The notes under the pieces were generated by a model. The model saw only the letters and a list, made by a program, of their open reading frames with translations, had not been told where the DNA came from and made no database searches. Positions 1 to 13,221 of a stretch of DNA of 64,000 bases are shown one piece after another. A program made the translations under genes and the position numbers. The stretch is from Callorhinchus milii (taxonomy: Eukaryota): NCBI RefSeq assembly GCF_018977255.1, contig NW_024704743.1, positions 78,680,001 through 78,744,000 on the forward strand, in the 5' to 3' direction. Each line of letters starts with the position of its first letter. Position 1 is the stretch's first letter.

Positions 1-1062
1 AACAGATTTTTTTTCCTGGAATGAGTTACTGGAATCGGCTTGCTTTTGCATTTAATAGAATTCAAAGAGATAGTAAATTATTGCATCCTAAAATGTAATA
101 TTTGTGCTTTTTAAATGGCCAGTTCTCTGAAAGGATGGAAACAGTCCTCTTTGTACAAAAATAACACTGTCACTAAACAAGAAGGCTTTGTAAGGGTCCG
201 TAAAGCCATCAATTGTTAACTCATCCCAGGAAACTCAATTCAGTCCCATCCTAAAATAAACGGATTGGGCAAAACACATTACTGCACAAGGTTACTGAAT
301 GGTGATAAGAGTATCGGTCGAATGATCTTTTGGTGAAAAGTTCACCAATACGATTGCTGTTCCAAGTTCGTTGGTTCGTTCATTCATTCAAAAGTTGGTG
401 ACAAATCAGCCCTTGTCTCTGTATTGAAAACATTCAAATTCTCAATTCAGACAGTCTACGCCACACTCTCCAGGAAACGACTTTTAGAGCCGAAAGTGAC
501 AAATGCCTTTTTGTGCTCTAAAGGGTTCATTGTAAATAATACCATCCATTCATCGTTTTTACTCAAATTCTGCTGGATTCCCTGGACAACTGGGGTGATT
601 TTGAAGAGAATAATTTGTGCTTGACTTCATTGTGTATCAATTTTTAAACTGCCACATGCACAGCTGTGCATTAGTCCTTCCACCAAGCCAAGGTTCTAGT
701 ATTCACTCTTAATAGTGCAAATACACAGATTTCAGTGTCACCGAAGGGCATAGAATAGTATTGCAATTATTCTGCACCTCAAAATCCATTCAATTCAGAA
801 CAATAGTGCCATTGGGCCTGTGGTAGCATTCTCTTATACGGCTAATCACAAGCACCTCCAATATGCTGTGCCAATAATGAATAAACAAATGGAAGTCTTT
901 CAAAACAAAAAAAAACTTATATGCAAAAGTGCCATTTTACTGCAACCCCATAACAAAACTAGACACAAGAACTTTCATCAAAAGATTGGCTAAAATTTGT
1001 GCAGTGCAGCAAAAAACTCTAGCACTTCACTTTCACTGGGAATCAATTAAATACAAGATTAC

Positions 1063-1104
1063 CTCAACAGTTTCATTTTGATTATTTAAGCTCTTCAAAT
1101 CACC
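1063..1104 (-). CDS. Candidate 42-nt coding exon of an unidentified minus-strand gene (GDLKSLNNQNETVE)
   Basis: Branch-like CTCTAAC, acceptor CATCTTCAG, donor GAG|GTAATC; open only in phase 0. Confidence 0.4.
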
Positions 1105-3694
1105 CTGAAGATGTGTTAGAGGGTGACGAAATATAAAATAAGGGCAACTTATTGAAGATAAAGTTATACAGGCAGAAAGCAAGATTAGCTGTATTTCAAG
1201 ACTCCCAAGGAAGGGAGCACCAATTATTCAGCTACTAATAGAAGCTCAGCGTCCATATGCCAGCAGAAAACCTGTTGAACTAATTTGTTATAACCCAATT
1301 ATTAGAGCAAAATGTTCAGTCCAAAGAAAACAACTCAATTTACTCTGGATATAAATCAGCTCCTATTTACACGACCAATCATGTAGATTAATATGTGATT
1401 AAATGCTAATCTCTCTGAGGAAAACTGGATTTTTTAGAAAAAAAACAAAGGGATCTCAATTATCCTAACATTTTTTAAGGATTGGGTGGCTGGCCTTTTT
1501 TAAAAAATTTTAAATGAGAGATAAGGATGTTGTAGCAGTGGTGGTCACACACCAAGAGAGGAAACAAATAATTGTTATGAATTTCCTTAAGGACCAAGGC
1601 TGATCTGGGCCGAATGTATGTGACGATGAGCTTTTGGATTTAATTTTACCATTCAAGGAACAAATTTATTATTATTATTAAATGATGCACCAAGGAGAAA
1701 TAGCTTCTTTCTACACAGAGTTGCGATTATCCAGTGATTTGAAGTTCAATTCATTTTATTCATTGTAACCACATTTTTTTCATCTCGCTTGGCAGCAATG
1801 AACACGTCCACCAAATTCTGCAGTCCGCTACATCGAATCATATTCTCACACTATTAAATCCTAACAAATCATTATATTTATCCATGAAAGCAGAGTTTTA
1901 AGACAATCTGATCTTTTAATAACGCAGCTGGGGAGGATCTGAATAGCTCTCATCATTGTCTTTTCACATAAACTGTATTGGTTTCTATCTATTATTGATG
2001 CAAAATTCATCTGAAGTCACTGAAAACAGCTTGCAGTCAATGTTAATGATTTGAATAAACGATATTCTTTCTGCAATAGCCTGCCTTGAATTTCTACATT
2101 GATGCTGCCATTCACTCCACCCCACTTTGCCCAGCCAAGATCCTGGGAGAGTATCTCACTTCAAGCATTCTTGTTTTTAACGGGACATTGAACTAACAAA
2201 TTAATTATCCAGAGACCATCTTTTTTTTTTGCATAATCTTGATTAAAAACTAATTTGAACTTCCCACCACAGGTGCCTTCCGCGATGGCTGAAAAATTAA
2301 GGTTACAATGCACTGATTTTGTATTGAAAGGCTATAAAATGCTTTGCATTTACTCAATACAACTGAACATTGTTCAACTTGCAGCCTTTGGAGTGACACT
2401 TTTTGAAGTCAATGGAGCTCATCCCGGATTTAACATGACAGATTAAATTCTCTCCAAAGAAAGTCAACCTTCATTTAACTACAATTCAATTTAATTAGAT
2501 ATAAAATGAAAAAATAATCAAATACCACTCATGATTAAGCTAAAGACCATAACTTCAGTCTACTTAAATCCTCCACAATTGGAGAGAGAGGGATTATCTG
2601 GCACATTTTGCTTATAAAAGCACAGATGTTTAATTCACTGGTATTTCACACCCCCGTTTGCTGCAGAAAACCATTTACACAATGTGGTTTATCTAAACAA
2701 GCAATTGATTAAGGTTCACTAAGTATTTTTTTGATCACCGGACTGAAGAAAAATAGAATTCTAAAATAATTTCAAATAAACTGTACAGTATTTGCAATAT
2801 ACAGATAGAAACTGATGATTTAAGGAACACAAACCGTGGCACTTCCAACATAATTAGTTATTTTCTATAAATTATTAGTCCCTAATGTATTTTCAGCATT
2901 GTAAGGTCCCCACCCCAGGTTTTTAAGACAGGCCTATTTAATCCATTGCTATTTCTAACTGCATTAACTATCCTAAATGAAAGACGGTTCTGCTCTCAAC
3001 CTAGATGGACAATTTGAGGTTGGTGTTTGAAGAAGGGCAAAGAGCAGTTGTTTGGGTTAGGTAAAGAAATCAAAGCTGATACTGTCTACTGTTAGAGTCA
3101 TTGGCATGATAATCACCTTCCTCTCCTCCTCCTTCCTTGCTCAACTTCATACCTCACCACTGTGCAGCATTCTGAGATGCTATCATGTATGAGGGATTGC
3201 AACTGTTTAATGCTAAGCCTTGCTTCTCCAAATACTAAATTCAAACTTGTCCAAAAGCTCTGCTACCTTCCCACTCTTTTCCATCATGTCCCTTGTATGT
3301 GCTGCTTCTTTCGCTAATCTGGATGTCCTTTTGTCGCCCCACCCTTTCTCTGTTCTTCTAATCTCCCCACTGACAATTCTGTCTGGACACCCAGCCTCCA
3401 TCACCAACCACACAACTATTGATGACAGTTTTAGGTGCCACATGATAAATGTCTATTAGCGTGTCACTTCTGGAAATATTATGTGTATTTCAGCATCAAT
3501 TATTTCTACATTTCCAGAAGGATCCAGGATCCTTAAGCAATTAAAGACAATAAAAAGTAAACTAAAGCTAATAAAAAGCAATCTTGGCTCCCTCTCCTCC
3601 TGGTTCAGTCTGTTAACCTACTTCCTTAAATAAGGTCTCAGATTTAATCACTGGTCTTCACTAAATTGGTTTGCTATGTTAATGTTAAAAAAAA

Positions 3695-3857
3695 TCTGGT
3701 AACTCAATCCACGACTGTTTGTGGGGACACTGCTGTACGCAAATCGCTGCCGTGTTTTGCCCACATAAATATACAGTTAATTCACTTTACAGTATATTCT
3801 ATGAAGCATTTTGAGACGTCTAAGATGTGATAATGTGCTATATCAAGGATTATTATT
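3695..3857 (+). mobile_element. SINE 3' half (Deu-like body plus tail)
   Basis: CAATCCACGACTGTTTGTGGGGACACTGCTG...GTGAAGCATTTTGAGACGTC...(ATT)n, shared with full copies. Confidence 0.8.
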
Positions 3858-4244
3858 AAATGTCCCTGCAATAACAGCAGAATCAGAAGTACAACTAGCC
3901 TCAGTGTCTCTTGGCTGGAGGCAGGAATGCAAAAATAAAAGATTGACAATACAAAACTACTGTACCCCCCACAAGTGTTTGCAAGAATGCGATGTTGTAG
4001 ATAAAGCCAAATTGTGCTACTAAATTCCTTACCAGTCTTACACAAATACAAGAACTAAAATGGTTTCCGTTAAGACATAGCTACACATCCTGGGCGAAAT
4101 GTACGATAGAAACAGAGGTTTTCTTTTGCAGTTGAACTATAACATATTACAGCCATTGTACATATAAAATGAAACCTTACTATCTTTAGCCGGTACACAG
4201 ACTCAATTCAGCAGATAAAATTGGGAACTATTTTCATCTCTGCA

Positions 4245-5800
4245 GGGGTGTATCCTTCTGCCCCATTTTGTACACGGGAGTAACATTTGCAACCCTACAG
4301 TTCTCTGGCACCTCTGCTATTTCCACCCTTACTTCCCTCAGTAACCTAGGATACATCCCGTCCAGATCGGGTGACTTATCTACCTTGAGCACTGTCAACC
4401 TTTTTAGTACCTCCTCTCTATTTATTCTTATCCAATTTCTCTACCCTCTCCTCCAATACTGTGGGATTGGTTGCACCATATTATTTTGTGAAGACGGATG
4501 CAAAGTACTCATTCAGTACATCAGCCATGCCCTTTGCCTCCACAAGAAGATTTCTTCTTTGGTCCCTATTTGGAACCACCCTATCTTTGACTAACCTTTT
4601 ATTCTTGATATGCTTATAAAATATCTTAGGGTTCCCCTTTATGTTACCCGCTAATCTTTTCTCATACAATCTCTATGCCTCTTATTTGCCTCCACCCTTG
4701 ACTCCAGGACCACTGCTGTCCTGACAGAATGTCCGTCAGACATCAAGTCCTGGATGAGAGCTAACTTTCTTCAGTTGAACGTCAACAAGACCGAGGCCCT
4801 CCTGATTGGCTCCCGTTACGTACCCTCACCTCAGGCGCTGACAGCATCACCATCCATGGTTGCACACTCCACCTTACTAAGCCAATCTGGAACCTTGGGG
4901 TCTTGTTTGACCCTCAACTATCCTTTCTACCCCACATCAGCGCCATGACCCGCTCTGCCTTCCCCCCACCTCCGCAACATCCGACATTGTCTCACACCGC
5001 AGGCCGCCGAAACCCTCATACACGCCTTCATTACATCGAGGCTCGACTATGTAAACTCACTGCTTGTTGGCCTCCCCAACTCCTTCCTCCACAGGCTGCA
5101 GATCATCCAGAACTCTGCAGCCCGCGTCCTCTCCCGCACTAGGCTCCGCTTCTAACCCCCTACCACTCTGTTCGCTCCCTCTGCTCAGCGGGTCCTGCCT
5201 GCTTCACGTCCCCCGCCTTGCTCGCCCCAATATAGGCGGGCGGGTCTTCCGCCACTCTGCACCCACCCTCTGGAACTCCATACCGCAGTCCCTCCATCTC
5301 GCCCCCTCTCTCGCCACCTTCAAGAGCCACCTCAAGACCTTCCTCTTTGACCGTGCTTTCAATCTCCCTGCTTCCCACTCTGCCCTCCACCCTCCCCCAG
5401 CTCGGGTCCGAAACTCTGCCTGTCCAGCGCCTTGGGATATCCTCCCGATGTGAAAGGCGCTATACAAATGTAATTTTGTTGTTGTTGTTATTTCCTTTTT
5501 CAGTTCCCTTCTGTACTTTCTATATTTTATTTGATTATCTTCTGTATTTTGGACCTGACATTTATCATAAATCTCCGTTTTCCATTTTATTTTAATCCCA
5601 ATTTCCTTAGTCATCCAGGGAGGTTTGGATGCCCTACCTTTCCCTTTGTGGGAATGCATTTGTTCCATCCCCGAACTATATCCTCCTTGAAGGCTTCCCA
5701 TTTCTTGTTAGCTGTTTTACCTCCCAATCTTTCTTTCCATTCCACTTGGCTAGGTCCCTTTTTAACCTCACTGAAATTATCCCCCTTCCAGTTGAATATT
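4245..5800 (-). mobile_element. CR1-clade LINE ORF2 fragment (linker between endonuclease and RT), decayed and interrupted by an L2 insertion at 4688-5487
   Basis: Minus-strand peptides KWEAFKEDIVRGWNKCIP / KPPWMTKEI...KYRKYRRELKKEI / YEKRLAGNIKGNPKIFYKHIK...MADVLNEYFASVFTK are characteristic of CR1 ORF2; frameshifted. Confidence 0.85.
4688..5487 (+). mobile_element. 5'-truncated L2 LINE (3' end of ORF2 plus tail, tail type 1)
   Basis: WMRANFLQLNVNKTEALLIG, GRVFRHSAPTLWNSIPQSL...FKSHLKTFLF; ends in GCGCCTTGGGATATCCTCCCGATGTGAAAGGCGC plus (TTG)n; flanked by TTATTT duplication. Confidence 0.92.
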
Positions 5801-6221
5801 TGTAGCACACATAAAGATTTCTTTTTTTCTACATTACTTAAGAATTGTGCACCAATCTGAAACCCAAATACTTTTTGGGTATTGTATTTTTGTGGCATTC
5901 TGATGCAAAATATTGATTCCTTCAAAGAAAACACAAGTCTATATTGGAAAATCCTAGCATCTGATGTCGGAAAGATAATGTCCCAAAATATTTCACAAGT
6001 AATTGTTGTCAAGTGCAATGACTGTGTTTGCAAAACAAATGCAAGTAAAAACAAAATGGATAAAAAAGGTAAAAAATATTTGGTAGTAATGTGTCAAAAG
6101 ATATAAAGAATGCATTCTGTGCTGTGTTTTGCCAACAAATTCATGCAATATATTCCGTAAATCTTAAATCACCAATAATGGCAGTATTTTATGTACTGCC
6201 ATTTACCCCAACCCCACTTAC

Positions 6222-6259
6222 TTGGATTTCAAGAGACAATCCCAGAGGGATGACAGACA
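6222..6259 (-). CDS. Candidate 38-nt exon (CLSSLWDCLLKS-)
   Basis: TTATTTCAG| ... |GTAAGT. Confidence 0.35.
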
Positions 6260-6989
6260 CTGAAATAACTGTAATTGTTATTCAGCATAGCTGTGTACAT
6301 TCAGCTCCACAACCTATCTGGTGTCTTTCCTCTAAGAAGCAACAAACAATTTATCACATGCCTGGGTTCTGAAATGTTCTCCCTTCCCTCTAATTTTCTC
6401 CTCTTCTGAAGGAATTGATTCAAGTGGGGTCAGTTTCAAGCTTTCGTGTCAGTGCATATTACAAAAGGGCGGGACTGGGGGAAGAGGTTGAGAAGAAGTC
6501 AACTTGGTGACCATAGACGAAAATAGACAGATGGAACTAAAGAATGATTTTTTTTGTACACAAACATTGAGCAGTGAATCCTGCGTGTGCATTGAGTGAG
6601 TGCTAGTATCCACATCGGGACTCCTGGACGCTACACAGTGAAAGACCCACATGAGTGAACCTTAGAGGTCCAGGTTTATGTGGACAAGGCTATTTATTTT
6701 TCCTAACTGGATATCTGAGTGAACAAAATAGCAAACAGATCAGACAAGTATTGCTAAGAACAACGCTCGACATGCATCATCAAATACATTTTTACTCTCC
6801 TGTACACCGTGATGATTGAAGATCGAATCGTACCCAGTTGTGTATTTTCAAGTGAATAATTTTAAAACTGGGATGGGGAAGAGTGGGGGGCGAAGAAAAG
6901 TTGTGATATTGCTAAATGTGATTCGAAATACCTCCTCCCCTATCCTTGAATAAAGATGGTCCTAGAACCAGCTGAAAATATGGCAAGTT

Positions 6990-7290
6990 TCCATCTTTGT
7001 TGGGGAGTTTCCCAGTGTCCTGGCCAACAATGATTCCCCAGATAAAAATGGTTATTCACTTCATGGCTGTTTGCAGGAGATTGCTGTGTGCAAACTGATT
7101 GCCATGTATGCCTACAAAAATACACTGTATTGTAAAAATACACTTTACAATAAATCTTGTGAAGATCTTTTGACAACATTATAATAATAATCCTTGCATT
7201 TGACATAGCGCCTCATCATGTAGTTGAGACATCTCAAAGCCCTTCGCAGAATATATGGTGGATTGACTTGACTATATTTTGTTGGCAAAA
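6990..7290. mobile_element. Old DeuSINE-like fragment (+) abutting a SINE tail (-, about 7181-7290)
   Basis: GGGGAGTTTCCCAGTGTCCTGGCCAAC...GCTGTTTGCAGGAGATTGCTGTGTGCAAACTG; then (AAT)n-CCTTGCATTTGACATAGCGCC. Confidence 0.6.
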
Positions 7291-8200
7291 AATTATTATT
7301 TTTTATTATGATACCCAGTCAGGCCACTGGGATTGTCCCTGGGAGTCGACTTTCAGGGGCTGCTTGATAGGATATCAATTTGTATGCGCGGTAATCAATG
7401 ACAAAGCTCTGCCTACAATTTTCAGTAATTTTACTCTCTTCTCGACTCCCACTCCTCACTACTCTTGTTGTTTGTATAGCCTCAAAAATGCAAAGCAGCA
7501 GCGCGTATGACTGCTATCTGAAAAGGCAAAATGCTGAATCAAACCATGTGCAAGTCTGACAGCATTTACATCTAAATAAGCACCATGTGAAGCGAGTCTG
7601 ACCTTCCAAACTCACAAAATGGGCTAGCTTCTTTCTTCTCTAAATAGATTCCATACACTCAAAATGAGATACTTTGCAGAGGAAAATAGAAATAATTGTA
7701 AAGCAAGAGCAAAATTTCAAGTTGCAATGGTTTTGAAAATGTAAGGAAGGCAATGACGTCCTTTTTTTGGTGGTTTCTGTCTTGCTCTCTCCACCCCCTC
7801 CCCTCCCATTCCAGTCACCCCACCACCACACTCAACGTGCCAATTATCTTGGATTAACTAGTTTTAATACACAGATATTGCAGCCATCCAGTTACCACCA
7901 CCATTGTGGCTGTCGTTTAAAAACATTGCTGTTCCTATTCATGGCTGTGACATAGATATAGACAATCACTGCAATGCAGCAGTTACTGCCTGCGATTAGC
8001 TTTGATGTCGTAATACTGTCCACTCCTGCATAACCTGCAGCCACTTTCAAAACGGCCAATTTAGATGTCGTTGCAACCAGCAGATTAGAAGCAAATGTAC
8101 AAATCTCTCCTATAACAGTACCTTTCTCCAGTTTAATATATTCTCAAAAAACCACAAACTCAACATCCACATTAGACTTATTGTCCAAACGTACACCAAC

Positions 8201-8266
8201 CGCAAAGTTCCTGCAGCTGGTGTCTGGATGAGCAGACACCACCGTAGTTATCAACCGTTCAACTTC
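8201..8266 (-). CDS. Candidate 66-nt exon (EVERLITTVVSAHPDTSCRNFA)
   Basis: CATTTTGCCAG| ... GCG|GTTGGT; open only in phase 0; locally GC-richer with CpGs. Confidence 0.35.
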
Positions 8267-9000
8267 CTGGCAAAATGCTCATACAATTATTTGTATCAAA
8301 CATAATAAACCCTACTCCAGTTGAGACCAAGTTTGGCTGACAATCAGGTGCAACTGACAAGCGCTTGAGTCTAGTGGTGTCCAAAGTCTTGCAAGAGTCG
8401 ATCCTGACTTGCTGCACATCGTAGCACTTTGACTACACAGAATCACCCCCATTATAACACAGGGTCTGATTTTATGGACCCAAACCACCACATTATTATG
8501 AGGATACACTACCTTTTTAATTCAACTCTGCTGCTTTTTCCCCAAACCCTTTTATACAGTAGAACCTTGATGTGTGTGCATCCACAAAACTATGCCCTCA
8601 CTCCACCCCACCTTCATTATAAACGCTGTTTGTGGAGTGTAAGTGAGGTGTGGGTCACTGACAAATCTACTGACGCGGCCATTTTACTAGACCATTGCTC
8701 CTGCAAGCTTAGTCAGTTCAAATGCAGGATGCCTCTGAAGAATCTTTCCTGCTCTTGCCCTCCTGACTCGAGATTTTTAAATTACAGCGAAAATAAAATC
8801 GAAATGAAACCACTGCCAGCTTCTGCTTGACTAGTATCCTTCAACTCGATTTTGTGCACGTACTCACGCACGCACCCAACTCAGTACCTTCAATCTGAAA
8901 TGGATGCCGTTGTAGCTCGGAAAGCAGTCAGTCAGATACTAATCACTCTGAAGCTCGCTCACATACGCAGCGACTGGAACGAGCCTTTTCATGAGTCGTA

Positions 9001-9256
9001 GAGTCCTGTAGTGCATTGGTTAGAGCACTCGCCTCACGAGCGAGGGTTCCTGGGTTTGATTCCCAGACAGGGCGAAACGTTAGGCAAGTTTCCTTACTCA
9101 ACACACCTCTGCTTACCTAGGAACCTGGTCGTTAGTTAACCGGCAGATCGCATTTCCGGTGGTAATAATTACTTCACAAAAAAAATAATTTGGTCCCTTC
9201 AATCCACGACTGTTTGCGGGATACTGCTGTGCGTAATTGGCTGCTGTGTTTTGCCG
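9001..9256 (+). mobile_element. tRNA-derived SINE, long variant, 3' truncated
   Basis: Head GAGTCCTGTAGTGCATTGGTTAGAGCAC with B-box-like GGTTTGATTCCC; body shared with other copies. Confidence 0.85.
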
Positions 9257-9258
9257 CA

Positions 9259-9553
9259 GTTTTGTAGCTCAATGGTTAGAGCACTTGCCTCGCAAGCGAG
9301 AGACCTGGGTTCGATTCTCAGCAGGGCGAAATCTTGGGCAAGTTCCCTTACTCCACACACCTGATAATAATTCCTCAAGAAAAAAAATAATAATTTGGTC
9401 ACTTAATTCACAACCGTTTGTGGGACACTCCTGTGCGCAATTGGCTGCCGTGTTTTGCCCACAAATATACAGTCAATTCACTTTATCCGTTCCTGTGAAG
9501 CGCTCTGAGATGCCGTCTGGTGTGGAGGGCACTATATAAATCCAAGTTGTTGT
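9259..9553 (+). mobile_element. tRNA-derived SINE, short variant, with L2 tail type 2
   Basis: A-box TAGCTCAATGG, B-box GGTTCGATTC; tail GCGCTCTGAGATGCCGTCTGGTGTGGAGGGCACTATATAAATCCAAGTTGTTG. Confidence 0.88.
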
Positions 9554-9657
9554 ATTCTGTGAAGTGCTTTGAGACGTCTAGAAGATGTGAAAAGCGCTAT
9601 ATCAAATGCAAGTATTATTATTATATATTCTGTGAAGCACTTTGATGTTTTGAAGAC

Positions 9658-11000
9658 AACAACAACTTGCATTTATAAAGCGCCCCTCACGCAGGATAGC
9701 ATCCCAGAGCGCTTGATAGTGACAGAGCACGATGCCGAGTCGGGGGAGGTGACTGTAGACATTGTCCAATTGGAAGATCTTCAGGCAAGATCTGAAGATG
9801 GGGAAGGAAGGTAGAGGGAAAGAGGAAGAGTGTTCCGGAGTTCCAGGGCTTGGTGCCTGAAAGTGCAGCCACCAATAGTGAGACCAGCAAAGAGGGCATT
9901 TGAGAAGTTGAGTTGGGAGGTGACAAACACATGGAGAAGTGTTTCATCGGTGTCTGGGGTAAGATACGGTCGGAGGTGGACAATGTGGCGGAGGTGGACG
10001 AAGGTGGTTCTGATCAGGGACCGGATGTGAGGGAGGGAGGGCGGGAGGAAGGAGGAAGGAAGGAAGGAAGGACGGACAGCTGTGGGTCAAATCTGACCCC
10101 TCGATTGCGTACTGGTTCGGTGAGTCTGAGGGATAGACCAGGGAGAGTGAGGAGGTCAGAGCCACAGAATAGAAGACACTGATGGGAGCCAATGAATATG
10201 GCTTCCGTTTTGTCAACATTTAGTTGTAAGAAGTTTTTGCTCATCCAGACCCTGATGTTTGCCAGACAAGCCAACAGAAATCGACAGAACTGGAGTCGCA
10301 GCTGGAGGAGAAGTACATTTGTGTTTCATCCGCAAACATGTGGAAGTTTACCCCATGTCTGCAGGTGACATCGCCAAGAGGGAGCACATAGATGAAGAAG
10401 AGGGGGCCAAGGATGGAGCCCTGGGGTACACGGGGGGGGGGGGGGAGGCAGGAGGAGAAACCTTTTGAGGAGATAAAGTGAAGGCGGTTTGTTAGGTAGG
10501 ACTTGAACCATGGGAGTGCAGTTCCACTGAGATGGATGAAGGAGGGGAAACAGTGGATGAGGATGGTGTGGTCAACTTGCTGAACGTGGCATAGAAGTTC
10601 AGGAGACGAGGATGTCGTGGGAGCCCTGGTCACAGAGATAGGACGTCATTTGTGACCTTGTCAAGTGCCATCTCTGTGCTATGGTTCGGGCGGAAACCAG
10701 ATTGGAATGTGTCAATGAGGGAGTGGAGGGAGAGGTGAGAGCAAAGCTGGTTAGCGACAACGCATTCCAGAATTTGGGCAAGCAAGGTTAGCTTGGAAAT
10801 GGTTTGGTAATTTGTGAGGTTGAAGGGGTCAAGAGTGGGTTTTTTGAGGAGGGGAGGATGACAGCAGTTATAAGGGGGAGGGGAACGGAGCTTGAGGAGA
10901 GCAACTGGTTGATTGTGTCGGCCAGCGGGTGAAGAGGAGGGAGAGTTGGGTGACCAGCAGCTGGGTGGGGAGGAGGTCGAGGCAGCAGGTGGTGGGCTTC
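9658..11000 (-). mobile_element. L2 LINE (RT region plus 3' tail type 3, internally deleted) inserted in a SINE tail
   Basis: VPQGSILGPLFFIYVLPLGDV...FHMFADETQMY, WMSKNFLQLNVDKTEAI; tail with (AAC)n on + at 9658; AAGAC duplication at 9653-9657 and 11001-11005. Confidence 0.88.
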
Positions 11001-13221
11001 AAGACGTGATAAGGCACTATCAAATGCAAAGGGTATTATTATTATTATCATCATCACCTGTCAGGATTCTGAAACGCACTCCTTGCAATGGACCACTAAT
11101 CTCCTGAGATACAAACACAAACATGGTTTACTATGACAATTGCATCGAGAAAAGCTTTTGAAGAAGCTGTTTGCTGGGAGATGGAAATGATTACAAGCCA
11201 CTCTGAACACTCTATTGGGATTTTATTTTTTGTATAAACTACATCTTCAAGACAAGTGACGGTAGATTATTATCCATGGGGAACTTGGAACAGAAGCATC
11301 AGTTGAAAAGCAAAATAATTAGCAATTCAGGCCAGTTTGTGACTCAAGCATCTAAACTAGTTTGCGACTCTTCCAAAGGCTTAGCTGGTAAAATCACTGC
11401 TTTGTGCAACACTGATATCTGCCTGGGTTAGCTCACTGTTCTCACCACTAATGGCAACACTGCTGTCATGGCCTTTGCTGTGGTGCCACAAACAACCCTA
11501 TTTGGCAGCAGTTTCGGACCCAGGAGATGACCACATGCTTGAACGTTAAGAAGCTAAAAAATCTGCCACCAATCACTGAGGATGAAGTCATCATATTCCA
11601 TACTGTTTCTGGTACAACAAGCTGTAGCCTGCCCTAATGCAAATGAAACCAAAAAGCAGCGAAGGCTGGAGAACGGTGTGAGAAGTGAAGTGGCCCACCA
11701 ATCGAGCATCACTCCATGGACCCATTTCCAGTTTTGCTTCAGATCTGGTTCCAAGTAAGTGTCCCAGAAGCCAATGAGCATGCACCATTGTTCGATGCTG
11801 ACGTAAGCACTTTCTCGATTTCAGGCCTGTGCCCTTGCCCGGGAAAAAGTAACGGAGTCTGAACTTGTAATTCAGGAAAGTGGAGGTTGTTAAATTGTTA
11901 TCAACGCCATCAGTTGGATACTCCTCTTCAAGCTGTTTCCCCAATAATCTCAACAATGGCAATGCTCTCATCCATTTCATGCTGAGATGTGTTGTTCACA
12001 GGAAGCTCGCAGGGAGTTCCTTGTACCTACCACCCACCTAGTGAGGGCTCAAACCAGCGCTTGTCGATGTCGAACGACCAACTAGTGACTATCCTCCTTG
12101 GGGGAAGGTAAACTGGGTCTCCTTGAAGCTGAACTGGCTCCAAGGTGACATGCCTGGCAATGGAATGTCGCGCATCGAATGGAATGCCTCTGGGATAGTC
12201 TCTGGTCCGGATCCTGAGCCACGGATCGCAGTATTCCAGGGCACTGCTGAGGACACCACAGCCAGCCACATTGGCAGGACCTGGAAGGGCAAACCATTTG
12301 CTGGGGGCAGGGATTCATTCCACTCAGCTCCTGTAAACCCTGCAAGCCAAAGCCCTAATGGGCAGGGTGATCCTAGCTAGAGAAGCAGCAGGAAATCTTG
12401 CCAGACAGCAATATCAAAATATGCTGATTTAGCTGGTTAGACTCCAGTGACCCAACGCACACTCTGGGGTCCCCAAGCATTGGGTCTTGCCGACCTGTGC
12501 CTAATGCTCCGGAATTAGGTAAGCAGGATGCATCCCTCCAGGGAGAGACTGCACATTCCATTCCAACAACCTATCTCTGGGATTTCCGTGTGTAGGTGGG
12601 ATTCATGGAATTCTCTGTTTGGTTTTGGATACTCTTAAGCATGGTGATGAGCTTCCGCACGTGTCAGACACCCGGCTGATCCCCCCAAAAATCAACCCAG
12701 CACCAGACACACAGACAAGTGAAGACTCAAGTTTGATCGCTTCTCTATGCTGAGTTGGCTGATATCAGCTGAGAAACACAGTTGTCCTCAGCACCCTGGA
12801 AGAGAAAAAAAATAAAACTGACCCTCTTCACTAACCATTGCGCAAGTGACTGCGTCCATGCACGGGATCTGGACCAGCTGAGATATTACCCTGCAGACAC
12901 TAAATGTTACATCTCATACATGAAGATGACACAAGGCATTGAAATCTGTGGAACTGTAGCAGGAGTCACCACCTTCAAGGTAGTTAAGGTGAACTCAATT
13001 TGTTTTCCACATTGGAAAAATTAGACTATAATACATGCTCCTGAAATTAATTTTCTGAGCAAAACATGTCTGAGCTAGCCTTACACATAATCTGAGGGGT
13101 GCCCATCATACCCTCATCACAATAAGTAACTCCTAAAAGAAGTACTCTCTATTTGCCCTTTTTAGGCAGAATCTGAGCCAGATCTTGAAAGAACAAAGCA
13201 GTTTGCTTCCCAGCCCATCTG

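Noticed and set aside
9001..9075. tRNA genes (Ala-like anticodon arm; also the other SINE heads)
   Set aside because: Each continues directly into the SINE body, the anticodons vary between copies, and there is no proper terminator; these are SINE heads.
11591..11980. piggyBac-like DNxxT motif (minus) or cadherin-like NEHAPLF motif (plus)
   Set aside because: Only a few residues match and the surrounding conserved motifs are absent.
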